From NCBI GenBank assembly GCA_964270895.1, contig OZ185440.1: a stretch of 64,000 nt of DNA. The stretch is one strand, 5' to 3'. The notes beneath the pieces were generated by a model, which was given only the letters and a program-made list of their open reading frames with translations, made no database searches and was not told where the DNA came from. Origin of the DNA: Podarcis filfolensis (taxonomy: Eukaryota). Positions 11,536-24,140 of this stretch are shown here, piece after piece. How positions within the stretch are numbered: position 1 is the first letter of the stretch; every line of letters starts with the position of its first letter. Position numbers and translations under genes: made by a program.

Positions 11536-12574
11536 GTTGCTGTGACCACTGGTCTCTCCAGCTCAGTGCTGTCAACCCTGACTCTCATGATCCAGCGCCT
11601 TTGTGGACAAATCTGTGGTGGAAATAGTTTTAGAAATCCCTGCCACCCTACGAGGCGTTGTCTACCAAAGCCTGCTCTTAAGGGGATAAATGTCTGTCTG
11701 CCTCCTAAACCTGGCAGCAGCACAATCACCTGTTAAGCTGTCACCGTGTGATGTCACTCTCTGAACAGCTTTGGTGAGGCTGTGAAAGCTATAGGTAGCT
11801 AAGCTGTTGAAAAGGACCCCATTTGTGCGGAAGGTGTGAATGGGTTTAAGGCTTCAGTCTAAAGCTAGCAGGTTGCGCTGAAAGCTGTCATGATGGATCG
11901 CCAGCAGAAATTTAGTTAGGCTCTACTGACTCGTAATAATGCGAAGGCCGAGAGATTGGTAATGTTTAGGGTAAGATGGCTTTAAAAGGGTCACAGAAAA
12001 GGCTGGGAGGAAATGCATTTCACATGTGCACTGGGTGCAGAGAATATGCAGCTCGTGAGCTCTGAGGAGAGTAACAGTGATCCCATCTGGTGTTCTGACG
12101 AGGCCCAAGGTGCAATCCCGTTCCTTCTCCCCTTTATTATAGCTGCCCAATAAAGGCTGGCGTTTGAAGCAGGAGATGAAACAAAAGCAGTTGTCCAAAG
12201 GCCCTCCCCTTGGCCAACTGATGTTGTGGACATCTGGCATCATAATGGTTTGATCTGTAACTCGTAAATGTGCTAACGTTGATTGCAAAGCCAGATGGTG
12301 CTCCAGGGAATTTAAATACAGCAGCATCCTTCACAGGGGACCGTCCGTGACATGTGCTTTTGCATCAACAGTGGGTAGAAAGGTTGCAACGTTGTGAGAA
12401 AGGGTGGATTGGATATTGCAGGTCCAGGCGCAGTGATGCCGTGAGTGGCGGGGCCGAGGCATGGTAAAGTTGCAATAAACACAGGACAAACTTTTTTGGG
12501 GATTGAAACAGGCCACAGCTTTGTTGATTACCGATGTCAGCATATTTTGGCACAGACATTGGGTGTGTGGCAAA

Positions 12575-12770
12575 CCCTGTGGAACACCATCCCACTAAAT
12601 CTCAAGGAGATAAAGAACTACGCAACTTTTAGAAGATATCTGAAGGTAGCCCTGTATTGGGAAGTTCTTAATGTTTGATGCTTTTATATGTGGTGGAAGC
12701 CACTCGGAGTGGCTGAGGAAACCCAGCCAGATGGGTGGGGTATAAATAATAAAATTATTGTCGTCGTTGT
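12575..12770 (+). mobile_element. L2-type LINE 3' end
   Basis: gagtggctgaggaaacccagccagatgggtggggtataaataataaaattattg; same family as 20117-20612 and 40155-40295. Confidence 0.7.
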
Positions 12771-14196
12771 TAAATTAATTAACTAACCCATCTGCTGGTT
12801 GATTATTTGACAGTGTTAACAACAAGGGTTAAGGATCATTCTATGACATACATCATATTTGGGCCACTCATCCAAGACCACCATTGGTGGTATGGCCTGT
12901 CAGCCCCCATCTGCGTGTCTGGAAAGTAGCACCTCCCCCTGAATCCCTTTAACAGGACACCCGTTGAGTGGGGTGGGATGGGGCTCCCAACACCCCACCA
13001 ATCCGCCTAGACTAAGGATCCAACCCAATTCCTTATCTGCTGCCTACTGTTCTGGGCGCTGCTGGCTATTATAGTCAAGGAGCAGACCAGAGGGAAGAAG
13101 TTTCCCCTTTGGTTTGCTCCCAAACCGAGCCACTAGCTCATGCACATTTGGCTGCAACTGTGGGCGAGCTCCAGCAGCCAGCGTGTCTGGCGAAGGAGCC
13201 AGTGACGTGCTCCCCTTGAAAGACTGCCCCACCACTATCGCTGCACCAGACTGCTACCTGCCACTTCCCTCTGGCTCGTGGTGAGTGGTCCTTAAGATCA
13301 GAAGAGCAGAGTTGCTGGATCAAGCCAAAGGTCCTTTTGATCCGGCATCCTGTTCTCACAGTGGCTCACTAAAGCTCACAGTGGTTAAAAAGGGGCAAAA
13401 CATGACATGGAATGGGGTGGGTGGGTTAAGGCCATTTAAAATGTGAGATGCTTTGAAAATGGATTAGGGAGAGAGGGAGGGAGCTCCTTTGCTGTAAGAC
13501 TGATAATCAAAGCTGTTTAACAAGTGATAGTAGGCTGCGAAGTTACGCTGACAGCACAACTCTCTCATTTATATGCTGGAAGCTTTGGGGCTCTTTGTTC
13601 CTAAAACTAGATGTTCCCCAATACAAAGTTTCTTTTTTCTGCTCACCTCTTTTATTAAACATTCTCTGGATGCTAAAAGGCAGATTTTGATTAACAGTAT
13701 TTTCTCATTGTTCAATGACCTTTACGGTTGTCTGAAGGCACCATACTGTTGACATCATTCTTTTAAGAAACTTGAAATGTCCTGAAAATGAAGGACCTTT
13801 TGGAACTCATCTAGGCCTTTTGAACTCTTCAGATGATTAAGTTTTGCGTGAATTCCATTGCTCAGCGGGCAAAATGTACTTGTTGAAAGATGTTCTTTCT
13901 AAAGTGTTAGGATTGTGACATTCTGTGTAGAGGAGAAATGTGGAAATAAGATAGATATAATTGTGTGCCAAATCCCATGTATTTAATGTGTGTGTATGTA
14001 TTTGAAAAAGATCACCGGCACTGTAATCCCACTTCATGTATCCATGGTGCAGATATGTTCGCAATACTGTGTATGACTCTTGTCACCACATGCCCCAAAA
14101 CATATTGTTGTAGAGGAGGAGAATGTACAAGTAGGTGCATCAAAAATGATGTAGAATACCTTTCCTATCTGCAAAAGCGGAGGAGTTGTGGGACAC

Positions 14197-14199
<3 letters not shown>

Positions 14200-14238
<39 letters not shown>

Positions 14239-14400
14239 GATTTGATATCCTGCTTTATCACTACCCGAAGGAGTCTCAAAGCGGCTAACATTCTCCTTTC
14301 CCTTCTTCCCTCACAACAAACACTCTGTGAGGTGACTGAGAGACTTCAGAGAAGTGTGACTAGCCCAAGGTCACCCAGCAGCTGCATGTGGAGGAGTTTA
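14200..14400 (-). mobile_element. Squam3-like (MIR/Ther1-derived) SINE with (GA)17 tail microsatellite
   Basis: Reverse complement of the 38524-38776 copy; (GA)n at 14200-14234. Confidence 0.8.
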
Positions 14401-14801
14401 GTGGGGGGAGACGTTTGGAGGAGCAGGGACAAATTTGATAGTAGTTTATAATATTCTGTGTGGTTAGGAGAAAGAGAGGATAGATAATTTTTGTCACTGT
14501 CCCCCATAATACTAGAATTTGGGGTTACTCAATGAAATTGATTGGCAGCAGGTTTAGGACAGGCAAAGAACTACTCCTTCAGTCAATACATAACTAACTT
14601 ATGGAAGCTGCTGCCATACTACTTCCCTTTGTGTGTTCTTTTGGGAGGAAAATCAAATCCCTGTGGCCCACATGTATGGAGTAAATAACAAAAGAATTGG
14701 CTGGGTGCCTGGATTCAAAACACAGTGCTAAACTCATTCTTCAGCAGGAGAGAGCCCTCAGTAGCAGAGTTTAAACTCACAAAAGGCAAGCAACGGTATA
14801 G

Positions 14802-15229
14802 CGTTAGGAATATAGGTTCTTAGATTCTTTTAGTCTGCTTGCAAACTGCGCAGCTCTCTTTCTACCTCTCTTGCAATGAACAGACCACACACTGTTAAGT
14901 AAGTTTAAAAACACTTTACTTACAAAGTGTTGCAAAGGTCAGATTCATGTCTTTATCCAAGCAGCAGCAAGGAGAACACAGGCAGAACACTTGGGTAGGA
15001 AATACAGAAAGATAGCTTCAAACACGTGCTCCAAGCTTGGAGCTTGCTTAGGCATGTCTTCCTTGGTCAGTTACATGGTGCGGAGAAGGAATAGGAAAAG
15101 AAGGCTTCCCTTCCTCCCGCAGTGGAAACAAGGGGATGTGACCTAGCTGAGTCTAGGAACATACCTCTCTCTGGTCTTGACCCCTTTTGTGCACAAACTA
15201 GCATCCATGCATATTTATGCTTGACTACA
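14802..15229 (-). mobile_element. Possible LTR remnant
   Basis: cgttagg...tgactaca near TG/CA ends with LTR-like composition; no TSD, boundaries uncertain. Confidence 0.3.
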
Positions 15230-15330
15230 ATTTCCCACAGTTCTGATCCCCTGAGAGATTAGAACCACCTGATGGAGAGATGGGATACAAACCCATGCAT
15301 ACCGGCTTCCGTCAGTAGTGCTTTCCATGC

Positions 15331-15737
15331 TGTTGTTGTTTATTTGTTTAGTCGTGTCCGACTCTTTGTGACCCCATGGACCAGAGCACGCCAGGCACTT
15401 CCACTGCCTCCTGCAGTTTGGTCAAACTCATGCTGGTAGCTTCGAGAACACTGTCCAACCATCTCGTCCTCTGTCGTCCCCTTCTCCTTGTGCCCTCCAT
15501 CTTTCCCAACATCAGGGTCTTTTCCAGGGAGTCTTCTCATGAGGTGGCCAAAGTATTGGAGCCTCAGCTTCAGGATCTGTCCTTCCAGTGAGCACTCAGG
15601 GCTGATTTCCTTAAGAATGGATAGGTTTGATCTTCTTGCAGTCCATGGGACTCTCAAGAGTCTCCTCCAGCACCATAATTCAAAAGCATCAATTCTTCGG
15701 TGATTAGCCTTCTTTATGGTCCCGCTCTCACTTCCAT
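15331..15737 (-). mobile_element. Bov-B 3' fragment
   Basis: Reverse complement of 3320-3725; (TTG)n tail; candidate 9-bp TSD ctttccatg (15321-15329) / ccttccatg (15739-15747). Confidence 0.92.
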
Positions 15738-16265
15738 GCCTTCCATGAGTTTGAGGCAAATGTCTACAATGGAGTAGCTGCTGTACTCATTTAGGCTCCC
15801 TGCATGCTTTAGAAAATAAAGGTTTCTAAATCATGTGGAGAATCTACACAAATATAAAAGACTTCTTGCTTCAGAAGTTATCCATCTGACTCATGGAAAG
15901 CAACAGTGAAGGCAACGGAAAGCTGGGGGCAGAGGGCTAGCATACCAATCAACACTTTCCCTTATTGTTTGAGGGATTATATAGCACCTCAATGGGGCCC
16001 ATATGTGTGATGGCTTAGTTGACCTTAAAAAGGAAAGAGATGAATAAATGACAGGTGTCTATCAATGTTTGCACAAGATATTGTATGGATATTTTCATTC
16101 TGTTTTAAAGAAAGTTCTGCCGGGGAAAATTGGAATATTTCCTACAGGCCTGGACAATGCTTTGTTTCCAAAGGAGTCAGTTCTTATGCTTCCGGTTGCT
16201 TCAAATCACACAATATTTATTATCTGCAACAGTTTTATAGGCAAATTTTTATTTTAAAAGTCTCA

Positions 16266-16410
16266 GTTTCCATCCTTGGCATACCCAGACAGGGCTGGGA
16301 AGGCTCCCTGCCTGAAACCCTGGAAAGCTGCTGCCAATCTACAGAGATAATATGACGCTAGATGGACCAGTAGGCTAACCTAGTAGAAGACAGCTTCTGA
16401 TGTTCCTTCC
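16266..16410 (+). mobile_element. Squam2-like tRNA(Ala)-derived SINE, partial
   Basis: cagggctgggaaggctccctgcctgaaaccctggaaagctgctgcc...tagatggacc...cagcttctgatgttcc. Confidence 0.7.
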
Positions 16411-16791
16411 TGGGGTCTCTGATTGAAGGTGGTGATGCCAAGCAGAGCGTTTCTCTTGTCGTACATTTAATAAGCAATACCTCCCTGATGAAGGGCTGTG
16501 TAGCCCCAAACGCATAGGGATCTTGGGTATTGCCATGCTTCAATAAATCGGCGGCGCATGTTTAATAGGCTTACTCCGGAGTCATTGCACGAACACTTGT
16601 TATGGCTCATTTTAAGTGGCTGTAGCTGAGATTATCCGCCACACCAATGTATGATTGTTCAGCTGCTTAGTATTCCAGAAGCACCTCGTGCCCCAGGACT
16701 CACTTGAAGATGTTATGCCTCAATGTGACGATCCCAGTGCTCGAAATTTTAAAATGAATTAATTATTACATATAAATTATGGAGGGGGGCT

Positions 16792-16848
16792 GGAGAGAGA
16801 GGGAGGGAGGGAGGGAGGGAGAGAGAGAGGGAGGGAGGGAGAGAGAGA
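16792..16848. repeat. 57-nt homopurine tract, (GGGA)n/(GA)n
   Basis: Only G and A; (GGGA)5 at 16801-16820. Confidence 0.95.
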
Positions 16849-16849
16849 T

Positions 16850-17100
16850 TAATTGAGCCATATTTCAGTCAAATGATCTCGCTGAAGCCATGAATGCTGA
16901 CAGCATCGTGGGGTAATTTATAAACAGCGCCAGACCTCTGGGGCAGGAATACAGCCATTTTAATTAATTACTCCATGTATTTCTTTGTGACAGACTGTGA
17001 AAAGAAATCAAAACAATGGTGCATTTTGGGGACCAAAGGATGTTAGATATGCTGTAATAATAAGAACAGCTGGAGCTGCTTCGTTCAAGTGTCAGAATGA
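16850..17100. promoter_or_regulatory. Candidate conserved non-coding enhancer
   Basis: Repeat-free block with several TAAT/ATTA cores (ttaattg, ttaattaatta) and aacaatgg; conservation not tested. Confidence 0.35.
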
Positions 17101-17699
17101 AAAGCGGGATGGGACGAGAGAGAGAGAGAGAGAGACGGACGACAAGTGACGTAAGAAGATTAAGATTGTAATGTTATTGACAGAGAAGGAGAAATATGTT
17201 CCTATCAGTAATACAGTGGGGAAATCACTTGAATGCCAAGCACAATCGATGAGATTATAATCTTCTCTATAAGTCATTGCAAAAGAAGTTTATATGAAAC
17301 AATTTTTTAAAAAACAAACAAACAAACAAACAAACAAACCACGCAATATGGAGTCGAACTTGCATTTATATTTTAAAATGCAAGAAGTAGCAAAGTGAAA
17401 ATAAAATCAATAAATACGTCTAAGGAACTCCTAGAGTAATCCAAATATATAAACTAATCTGAGAAATTTGGTGCTCTTACTGTCAGGAAGTTCCACTGTC
17501 GAACAGCTCTTACTGTCAGGATTGGGCCTCAGGGCGGCCATTTTAATTTCTCACAATGCCCCAGATCATGAAATGTGGCAGCTCCTGCCAGCAGGAAAAC
17601 CCACCAGATAAAAGGGGGACCTTCCAGAAGACAGTTTGCCAATCTGAAGCTGGCACTGCCTCATACCTGGTCTTCCTAACTGGATTGTCTAGATACTGA

Positions 17700-17960
17700 A
17701 CCTGTTGGCAGTTTTCATAATGCTGTATACATTTTCTTTTCTTTTTTTATTTTGCAAAGCAGTGTTCCCTAGTGTAACACATTTTTGTATGTTATTTTCA
17801 CTTGTGTATATGCATACATGCCCAAATATACACATTCTTTTGTACACATTACTTGACTGGAAAACTGCACTGCAAAATTCAGAGCAGAGCACATTTCGCA
17901 AGATAGATGGTCTTCATTCACATACTGATTCAAAAAGTGTGAATTGGGTAGTTTCTCCTT
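17700..17960. repeat. Unclassified interspersed repeat
   Basis: Degenerate similarity to 33430-33720 (inverted) and 62860-63480 (tacacatt..cttg.ctg.a.aactgc..tgcaaa.tt). Confidence 0.5.
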
Positions 17961-18712
17961 AAAAGGCAAACAAAACTGAATTTCTCCCCCACCCCTAGTA
18001 GGAGCAGGGCTAAGAAGCAGTAAATATTTTGTTCTTTATAAATCCCTAAACTTCACAAAGTGCAGAAGCTGAAACAGAAGTACTCAACTATGCAGTTTAA
18101 GGTTTTAATTAAATGTAGATATTAATATTCAGCCTTTGTGCTACTTTGATTTTTTTGTTCTCTATCTGATATGAAGACAACTCCACTGCTGTTGACCTTG
18201 AGACTTCGATCTTGAGCACACTTCTGCGGAAGTTAAGTTCCACTGGAATCAGTGGAGCTTACTTTCAAGTTAATGTGTTCATGATTGGAGTGTTCCTCAT
18301 TTCTGGTCTTGATAAGAGATGCTGTTTACTGGCAATTAAAGCAGGAAGATTTTTTCCCCTTCTTATCTGACTGCTTTAACAACAACAGAAATCTGAGCTC
18401 AGATTGTAGAAACAAAAACAGAAAATTGGCTGAGCTTCCTGAGTATTTGATGTTTTTAATTGCAGTTCCTAGCTGTAAAGACAGAACTCCTCGAATGGAT
18501 TGTTAAGCAGAGGTATCCTATACCCATTGTAACAGTGAATCAGGAATAGTCCAGCTTTTTTATACATCTGATTGTTTCCTTCCTGCTCCCCACCCCTTCT
18601 GTAAAATTACAAATAGTTTTGTCACTAGGCTTGCCAGGAATGGGTGGCTCAAATAGGGCTGCACAATACCCCCCCCAATCTCTGAACTGAGAGAAAGCTA
18701 GCAGACATTGAT

Positions 18713-19000
18713 TTGTTGTTGTTAAGTTGTTTAGTCGTGTCTGACTCTTCGTGACTCCATGGACCAGAGCACGCCAGGCCCTCCGGTCCTCCACTGCCTC
18801 CTGCAGTTTGGTCAGACTCACGTTTGTAGCTTTGAGAACACTGTCCAACCATCTCGTCCTCTGTCATCCCCTTCTCCTTGTGCCCTCCATCTTTCCCAAC
18901 ATCAGGGTCTTTTCCAGGGAGTCTTCTCATGAGGTGGCCAAAGTATTGGAGCCTCAGCTTCAGGATCTGTCCTTCCAGTGAGCACTCAGGGCTGATCTCC
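18713..19000 (-). mobile_element. Bov-B 3' fragment
   Basis: Near-identical to 15331-15610; (TTG)n tail. Confidence 0.92.
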
Positions 19001-19042
19001 AGCCCAGGCTCAGCATCTTATAAAATAATCCAAACAGACCTA

Positions 19043-19283
19043 TAGTCGTACCGCAGAAGTTGATCACTTTGCTAGTTGAACATTTTGGCTCCTAAACCCC
19101 GCAAACCTGGAAGTGAGCGTGGCTGTTTGCAAACGTTCTTTGGAACCCGAATGTCCGTCGTGGCTTCCGATTGGCTGCAGGAACTTCCTGCAGCCAATCG
19201 GAAGCTGCGACTTGGTTTCCGAACGTCTTAGAAGTCGAACGGACTTCTGGAACAGATTCCATTTGACTTCTGAGGTATGACTG
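19043..19283. mobile_element. Tc1/mariner-type MITE (cagtcgtacc TIR family)
   Basis: tagtcgtacc / ggtatgactg TIR, TA TSD, central 21-bp perfect inverted repeat at 19163-19205. Confidence 0.85.
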
Positions 19284-20116
19284 TATAAGCAAAGGTCTCT
19301 CTCCAGCCTGCTTTCCAGCCTCCAGGCTGTTTGCTCTCCCTTCAGGAGAGCCATTTACATACATTGTTCTCCCTGTGGCATTCAGAGAGATGACTCCATT
19401 TGCATCTTCAAGAAGGAAAAAAAGACTCAAAACCAACTCCTTTCAAAATGGAGATTGTAGCCCAATACCTCTCACATGATCCCAGATTTAGAGCCCTCAC
19501 TTTTTAACTACTGGAGAATGAAAATCAGTTTATCATTAACTCTGCAAGAGCTCAGAGTCCTTTAGAAAAACTCTTGTGAAAAAACCCCAGTGTTAGCAAT
19601 ACACATTTCGCTATTTTAAACCTTCATTAATAAATACACGTTTTTCATTTCTGTGTCAGTTAAATCATTATACTTAACAAAAACATGCACTCTCTACCGC
19701 TGAGCTATAGACCTTCCTCAATGGCAGAAGCTGGGCTCTGAAACAGTGGCTTGCGATTCAAGCTAACACTGTTTAAAAAAGGCTTCTCTAACACCTCCCC
19801 AAAACACACAGCGAGAGACAGTGATTCACCAGAGAAACAAAAAACGAGCCGCAGTATATAGGGGCAGCTGGACTCTCTGTGCAATGTGGAGAGTTGAGGC
19901 AAATGCTTGGGCTTCTCTTATCTACTAGATGCTTTTTTGGTGGACGATTCAAGGCAAGCAATAGCTGTGAGTTTGCCTCATGTGGAGAAACAGGACATGG
20001 CGCCCCAACTTCTAAGCTATCCTTGGTGAATGAGGCCTCACTGTGAAGAGAAATCACTCTGGAGCACAGTTCTGAAATAGCTGCCTGAGGTCAAGTGCAA
20101 GAACAAGGGGAATTGT

Positions 20117-20151
<35 letters not shown>

Positions 20152-20612
20152 ACTAAATAAATAAATTTATACCCCGCCCATCCGGCTGGGTTTCCCCAGC
20201 CACTCTGGGCGGCTCCCAACAGAATATTAAAAACACGATAAAACATCAAACATTAATAACTTCCCTAAGCAGGGCTGCCTTCAGATGTCTTCTAAAAGTC
20301 AGATACAGTGGTACCTCAGGTTACATATGCTTCAGGTTACATACGCTTCAGGTTACAGACTCCGCTAACCCAGAAATAGTGCTTCAGGTTAGGAACTTTG
20401 CTTCAGGATGAGAACAGAAATCGTGCTCCGGCAGCGCGGCTGCAGCAGGAGGCCCCATTAGCTAAAGTGGTGCTTCAGGTTAAGAACAGTTTCAGGTTAA
20501 GTACGGACCTCCGGAACGAATTAAGTACTTAACCCGAGGTACCACTGTAGTTGTTTATTTCCTTGACATCTGAGGAGAGGGCGTTCCACAGGGCGGGTGC
20601 CACTACCGAGAA
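20117..20612 (-). mobile_element. L2-type LINE 3' end with (AAC)11 tail, split by a MITE
   Basis: tttataccccgcccatccggctgggtttccccagccactctgggcggc; the sequence resumes after the MITE at 20548. Confidence 0.8.
20306..20547. mobile_element. Tc1/mariner-type MITE, 242 bp
   Basis: cagtggtacctc / gaggtaccactg TIR, TA TSD, near-identical to 6442-6683. Confidence 0.93.
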
Positions 20613-21890
20613 GGGGCAGCAAAAGTACATGCAAACTGTCTAGCACAGAGCAGACAAAGCAGCTCAGGAAGACGACAGCTGACAGGTGCTTCATACGGAG
20701 AATTTATGGGGAGTGATAGGTTTGGGGAAAAGTGGGGTGTTAGCATGTAAGGGTGCTTCCAGATGGTCTGCATTTCAGAGTGGGATTCGATCACGTATCA
20801 GCGCGTTCAGGTTGTGCAATTGTAGCTGTTTTTATTTATGCACAAAAGGATTTCCACACCGCCATCTCCTAAGATATCAGGGCAGTGTGCAATATGTATA
20901 TAACGAAACATAAACTGTCATTTAAAAAACAGTACAAAATAGTCATTAAGATGACTGGTTAATTGAGAAAGTTTTCAGCAACTGCCTAGCCCTGTTGACA
21001 TAAAATGGTCTTCCAGACATGCCTGAAAGTCAAAAACCAAGATGCCTGTTCAAATATTTGCTGGAAGAATTTTCCATAGCACGGGGCCAGTGACACCAAA
21101 TGCCCAACTTCTACTTGAGGACAGTCAGGTCTTTGTAACATGGAGAACAGTTAGCAACGCTCTTACAGTGATCAAGTTGGGATATAAGAGCTTAGGTGGT
21201 CCTTAAGGTATTCTGGACTCAGGTTGTTCAGGGCTTTAGCAACACAAAAGCCTTGAACACTGAACTAGTAGCGTATGAGCCGCCTGTGCAGCTGTTTTAG
21301 TAGAGGCATTGGCCATCTGCCCCCATCAGCAGATTGGGAGGTCTTGCTCAACATTCTCTAAAAGATTGGATTTTCTGTGATAAGGAAAGTAGGAGGAAAA
21401 TGCCCTGAACGGTGTGAGATAACACTTGCTTTGATGCAATGCCACCTAACTTTCCTGCAAACAATTCAAGACGAATGCTCCATAGATAGGTCATCTGGAA
21501 ATGCCCTCTGTCTGTGCTAAAAAAGAAGAAGAGAGGGTCTTGTTTGGAAGGAAGTGCTCTAGTGCTGCGAATTACCCTATAATTTCGAGTGTGTGGCGTT
21601 TGGAACAGTTTGGTTTAAGTGGCACATCTCCGAAGTGTCTGTCTCTACAAAATCATTGTTTACAGATTGTACTGCTTTGTTTCTTCTTGCCTCTACAGCA
21701 GCAAAGCTCTCTCACGCCACTCTCACATCAAAATCCTCAGCTGCCTTCCTTCTGCCCTCAAAAAGTGTACCTATGATTTTGCGGGGTGAAGAGAGAAATA
21801 TGGAGGTGAAACATTACAATAGCATCTATAAGAGAGTTGAGGCGTCAGCTTGTCTGGGGTGTTTTGCCAATTTGTATGTGTTTCTGGCAA

Positions 21891-21892
<2 letters not shown>

Positions 21893-21930
<38 letters not shown>
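21893..21930. repeat. (TG)19 microsatellite
   Basis: Perfect dinucleotide run. Confidence 0.97.
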
Positions 21931-21931
<1 letters not shown>

Positions 21932-23775
21932 CTGTCTTCCTTAACGTCATTCATATATATGGCAGTCTAGCTTTTTAAAACTTAGCAATGGAAAGAATTA
22001 GATGAAGCAAGGCTTACCTTTTGGAGTCTGAGCTTTCATTACTCTATTAATTTTTAAATGGTGTATAGGGTTAAGCAGACAGTGGAATGAAATATGCAAG
22101 GAACAAAGGACTGGAATGCCACCACTGAGAAACTCGATCAGTACTCCCTTTTCACCAAGAGAGAGCAATCTAAGCACATTTTTGCAAACTTACCAGTTTG
22201 CAGGCAGCCCTCCACGCTCCTACGCAGGAACATATACGGCTTGCTGTTTTTAGAGGTTATTATTTTACCTGCCTCTGAATTTGATGGATGTGCTGCAATT
22301 ATTAGTTAGGGTTATAGCTGTTGATGATGTATGTTTTATGGATCATATTTTTTGTCTTTCAGCTTTTCTTTATACGTACAATGTTTCCTCGTTCATTATG
22401 ATTTCATTTAAGATACGTGTTTATGTGTTTGTTGAAACACGGCGGCTGTTCTGGTCACACACAGACATACTCAAGGAACCTGAAAAAACAAAAACACCCC
22501 TCCTAGCCTTGCAAATCTGTTAATGGATTTGCACTGTAATGCACAAGAAAAGGCAACCTGGATCAGATTAAAGGTCCCTATTGGCCTATTTCTCCGTGGT
22601 CAAAGGGCAGGTCCTATGGTAGCTCCTTAACAATGGATGGTCAATGGATACTCTAGCCTCTCTCTAAACCGAGAGATTCCTATAACTGTCATGACCAATA
22701 GCTGTTGATAGACATGGCCTTTTAGGAATTTGTCAATTCTTCTTCTAAAGTCATCTAGGTTGATCATGACACATGTTCTGTAGGCCAGGGCATGGAAACT
22801 GTTATGCCAACTCTAAGTGGAAAAGGAAAAAATGCATGATTATGACTTATAAGCAGGCATGGGAAGGAAGAAGTGATTCCACAGAGATTCCCCCCTCCCC
22901 CAAAACTGACATCTATTAGTGTAATTTTGGAATACTTATAGAGTAACAGAAAATTTTGACAATTTGATGCTGAGTTAATGCATTTTCTGAACAAGCTAAA
23001 TGTGTGGGTTTCTCCCCTCGGGCCATTCCCCCCCCCCCCCCCAGTTCTAGCAAATACAATGCAATAGCATGGAATTTAAATTATTGCATAGCTCTGTTAA
23101 TTTTGGACTCTTTGTTTCTGATGAAAGTAACCAGGTATGCTGTTCTCTGTTTTTTCTTATGGGGGGGGCGAGAAGGGAAAGCCATCAAGCCTGCAGTCCT
23201 GTGCTGACATATTTGGGACTAAGCCACACTCAACTCAAGAGGAGTTAACTGTTGAGTAGATCAGTTGCACTTCTTAGCCAGCAGCCATCCCTATAAAGTG
23301 TGGCAGCAAATTCCAAACATTAGTTGCGTATTATGGGATGAAGTTGCTTTCTTTTGTTGATCCTGAATCTCCTGCCAGTTAGTTTTACTGGATGACCCAG
23401 AGTTCTATTTTTATGAAATAGAAAAACATCTCTCTAGACATTTCCTCCACTCCAAGCATTGTTTTACAAGCCTCTCTCATGTTCTTGCTTAGTGGTATTC
23501 TCTCCCTTCCTCCCTCCCCTACCCCAAGCTAAAATGCCCCCAGTGCTTTAATTTTTCCTCGGAGGAATGATGTTCTAACCAGTCGTTTTGGTTACCCTTC
23601 CCATGTCACTGGTACCTACTGTTTTCATGCCATCAGTCCTTGCCACGTGACCTCCAGGGTTCCGACAGTGCAGCAAGAGCACCATGACACTTTTGTGATG
23701 CATGGTTTTCTTTTGCTTAGTGCTTGTGTGGGGAGGTGTGTTGGCATCACCTGGGTAGGTCCTCAATTTACTGTA

Positions 23776-24140
23776 TGTATTTATTTATCTTTATTGGCAT
23801 TGCAAGGGGTTGGAGGGTCCAGAGTTTGGTTGGTTGTGTTCAGTTGGTTGCTGTGTGGTTTGTTTGTATGTGTGAGGGGTGGGGTGGGGTTGTTGGGTCA
23901 GGGTAGCCATATTGGTTTGTATGCTGTGGAGTGGAGGTGAGGATAGGTCATTGTCTTGTGCTGTGAATGTGATGAAGGGGAACCATACTGGGAACCATAC
24001 TGGGATGAAGGCGTCTTCCTTTGCTTGTCCCCATGCTAGTCTAAGTTCATTGGTTAACTTCTCTAGTAGGGCAGTTTCCCATACATATCGGAAGTAGACA
24101 TAGACCACTGGTACCAAAATGTATGGAAATTGGTCCTCTT
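23776..24140 (-). mobile_element. L1 LINE 3' end (ORF2 C-terminus, 3' UTR and A-rich tail)
   Basis: Minus strand reads WETALLEKLTNELRLAWG...WFPFITF, resembling an L1 ORF2 C-terminus, then aataaagataaataaata. Confidence 0.65.

Noticed and set aside
12331-12573. Minus-strand ORF with CVYCNFTMPRPRHSRHHCAWTCN, superficially like a DHHC or zinc-finger motif
   Set aside because: Spacing does not fit the DHHC cysteine-rich domain or C2H2 consensus, there are no convincing splice sites, and flanking residues show no family similarity; a BLASTP/HMM search would settle it
5595-14710. 19-nt match aagaattg(g)gctgggtgcct at 5595-5614 and 14692-14710
   Set aside because: A single match of this length with one indel is not clearly beyond chance in 64 kb, and the flanks do not align
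21699-21810. Strong polypyrimidine plus cag acceptor (ttgtttcttcttgcctctacag) suggesting an exon
   Set aside because: No good donor follows, and none of the three frames resembles a known protein
23978-24001. In-frame 12-bp tandem duplication (PVWF twice) in an L1 remnant; a similar 13-bp duplication lies near 53910
   Set aside because: Ordinary replication slippage in neutral sequence
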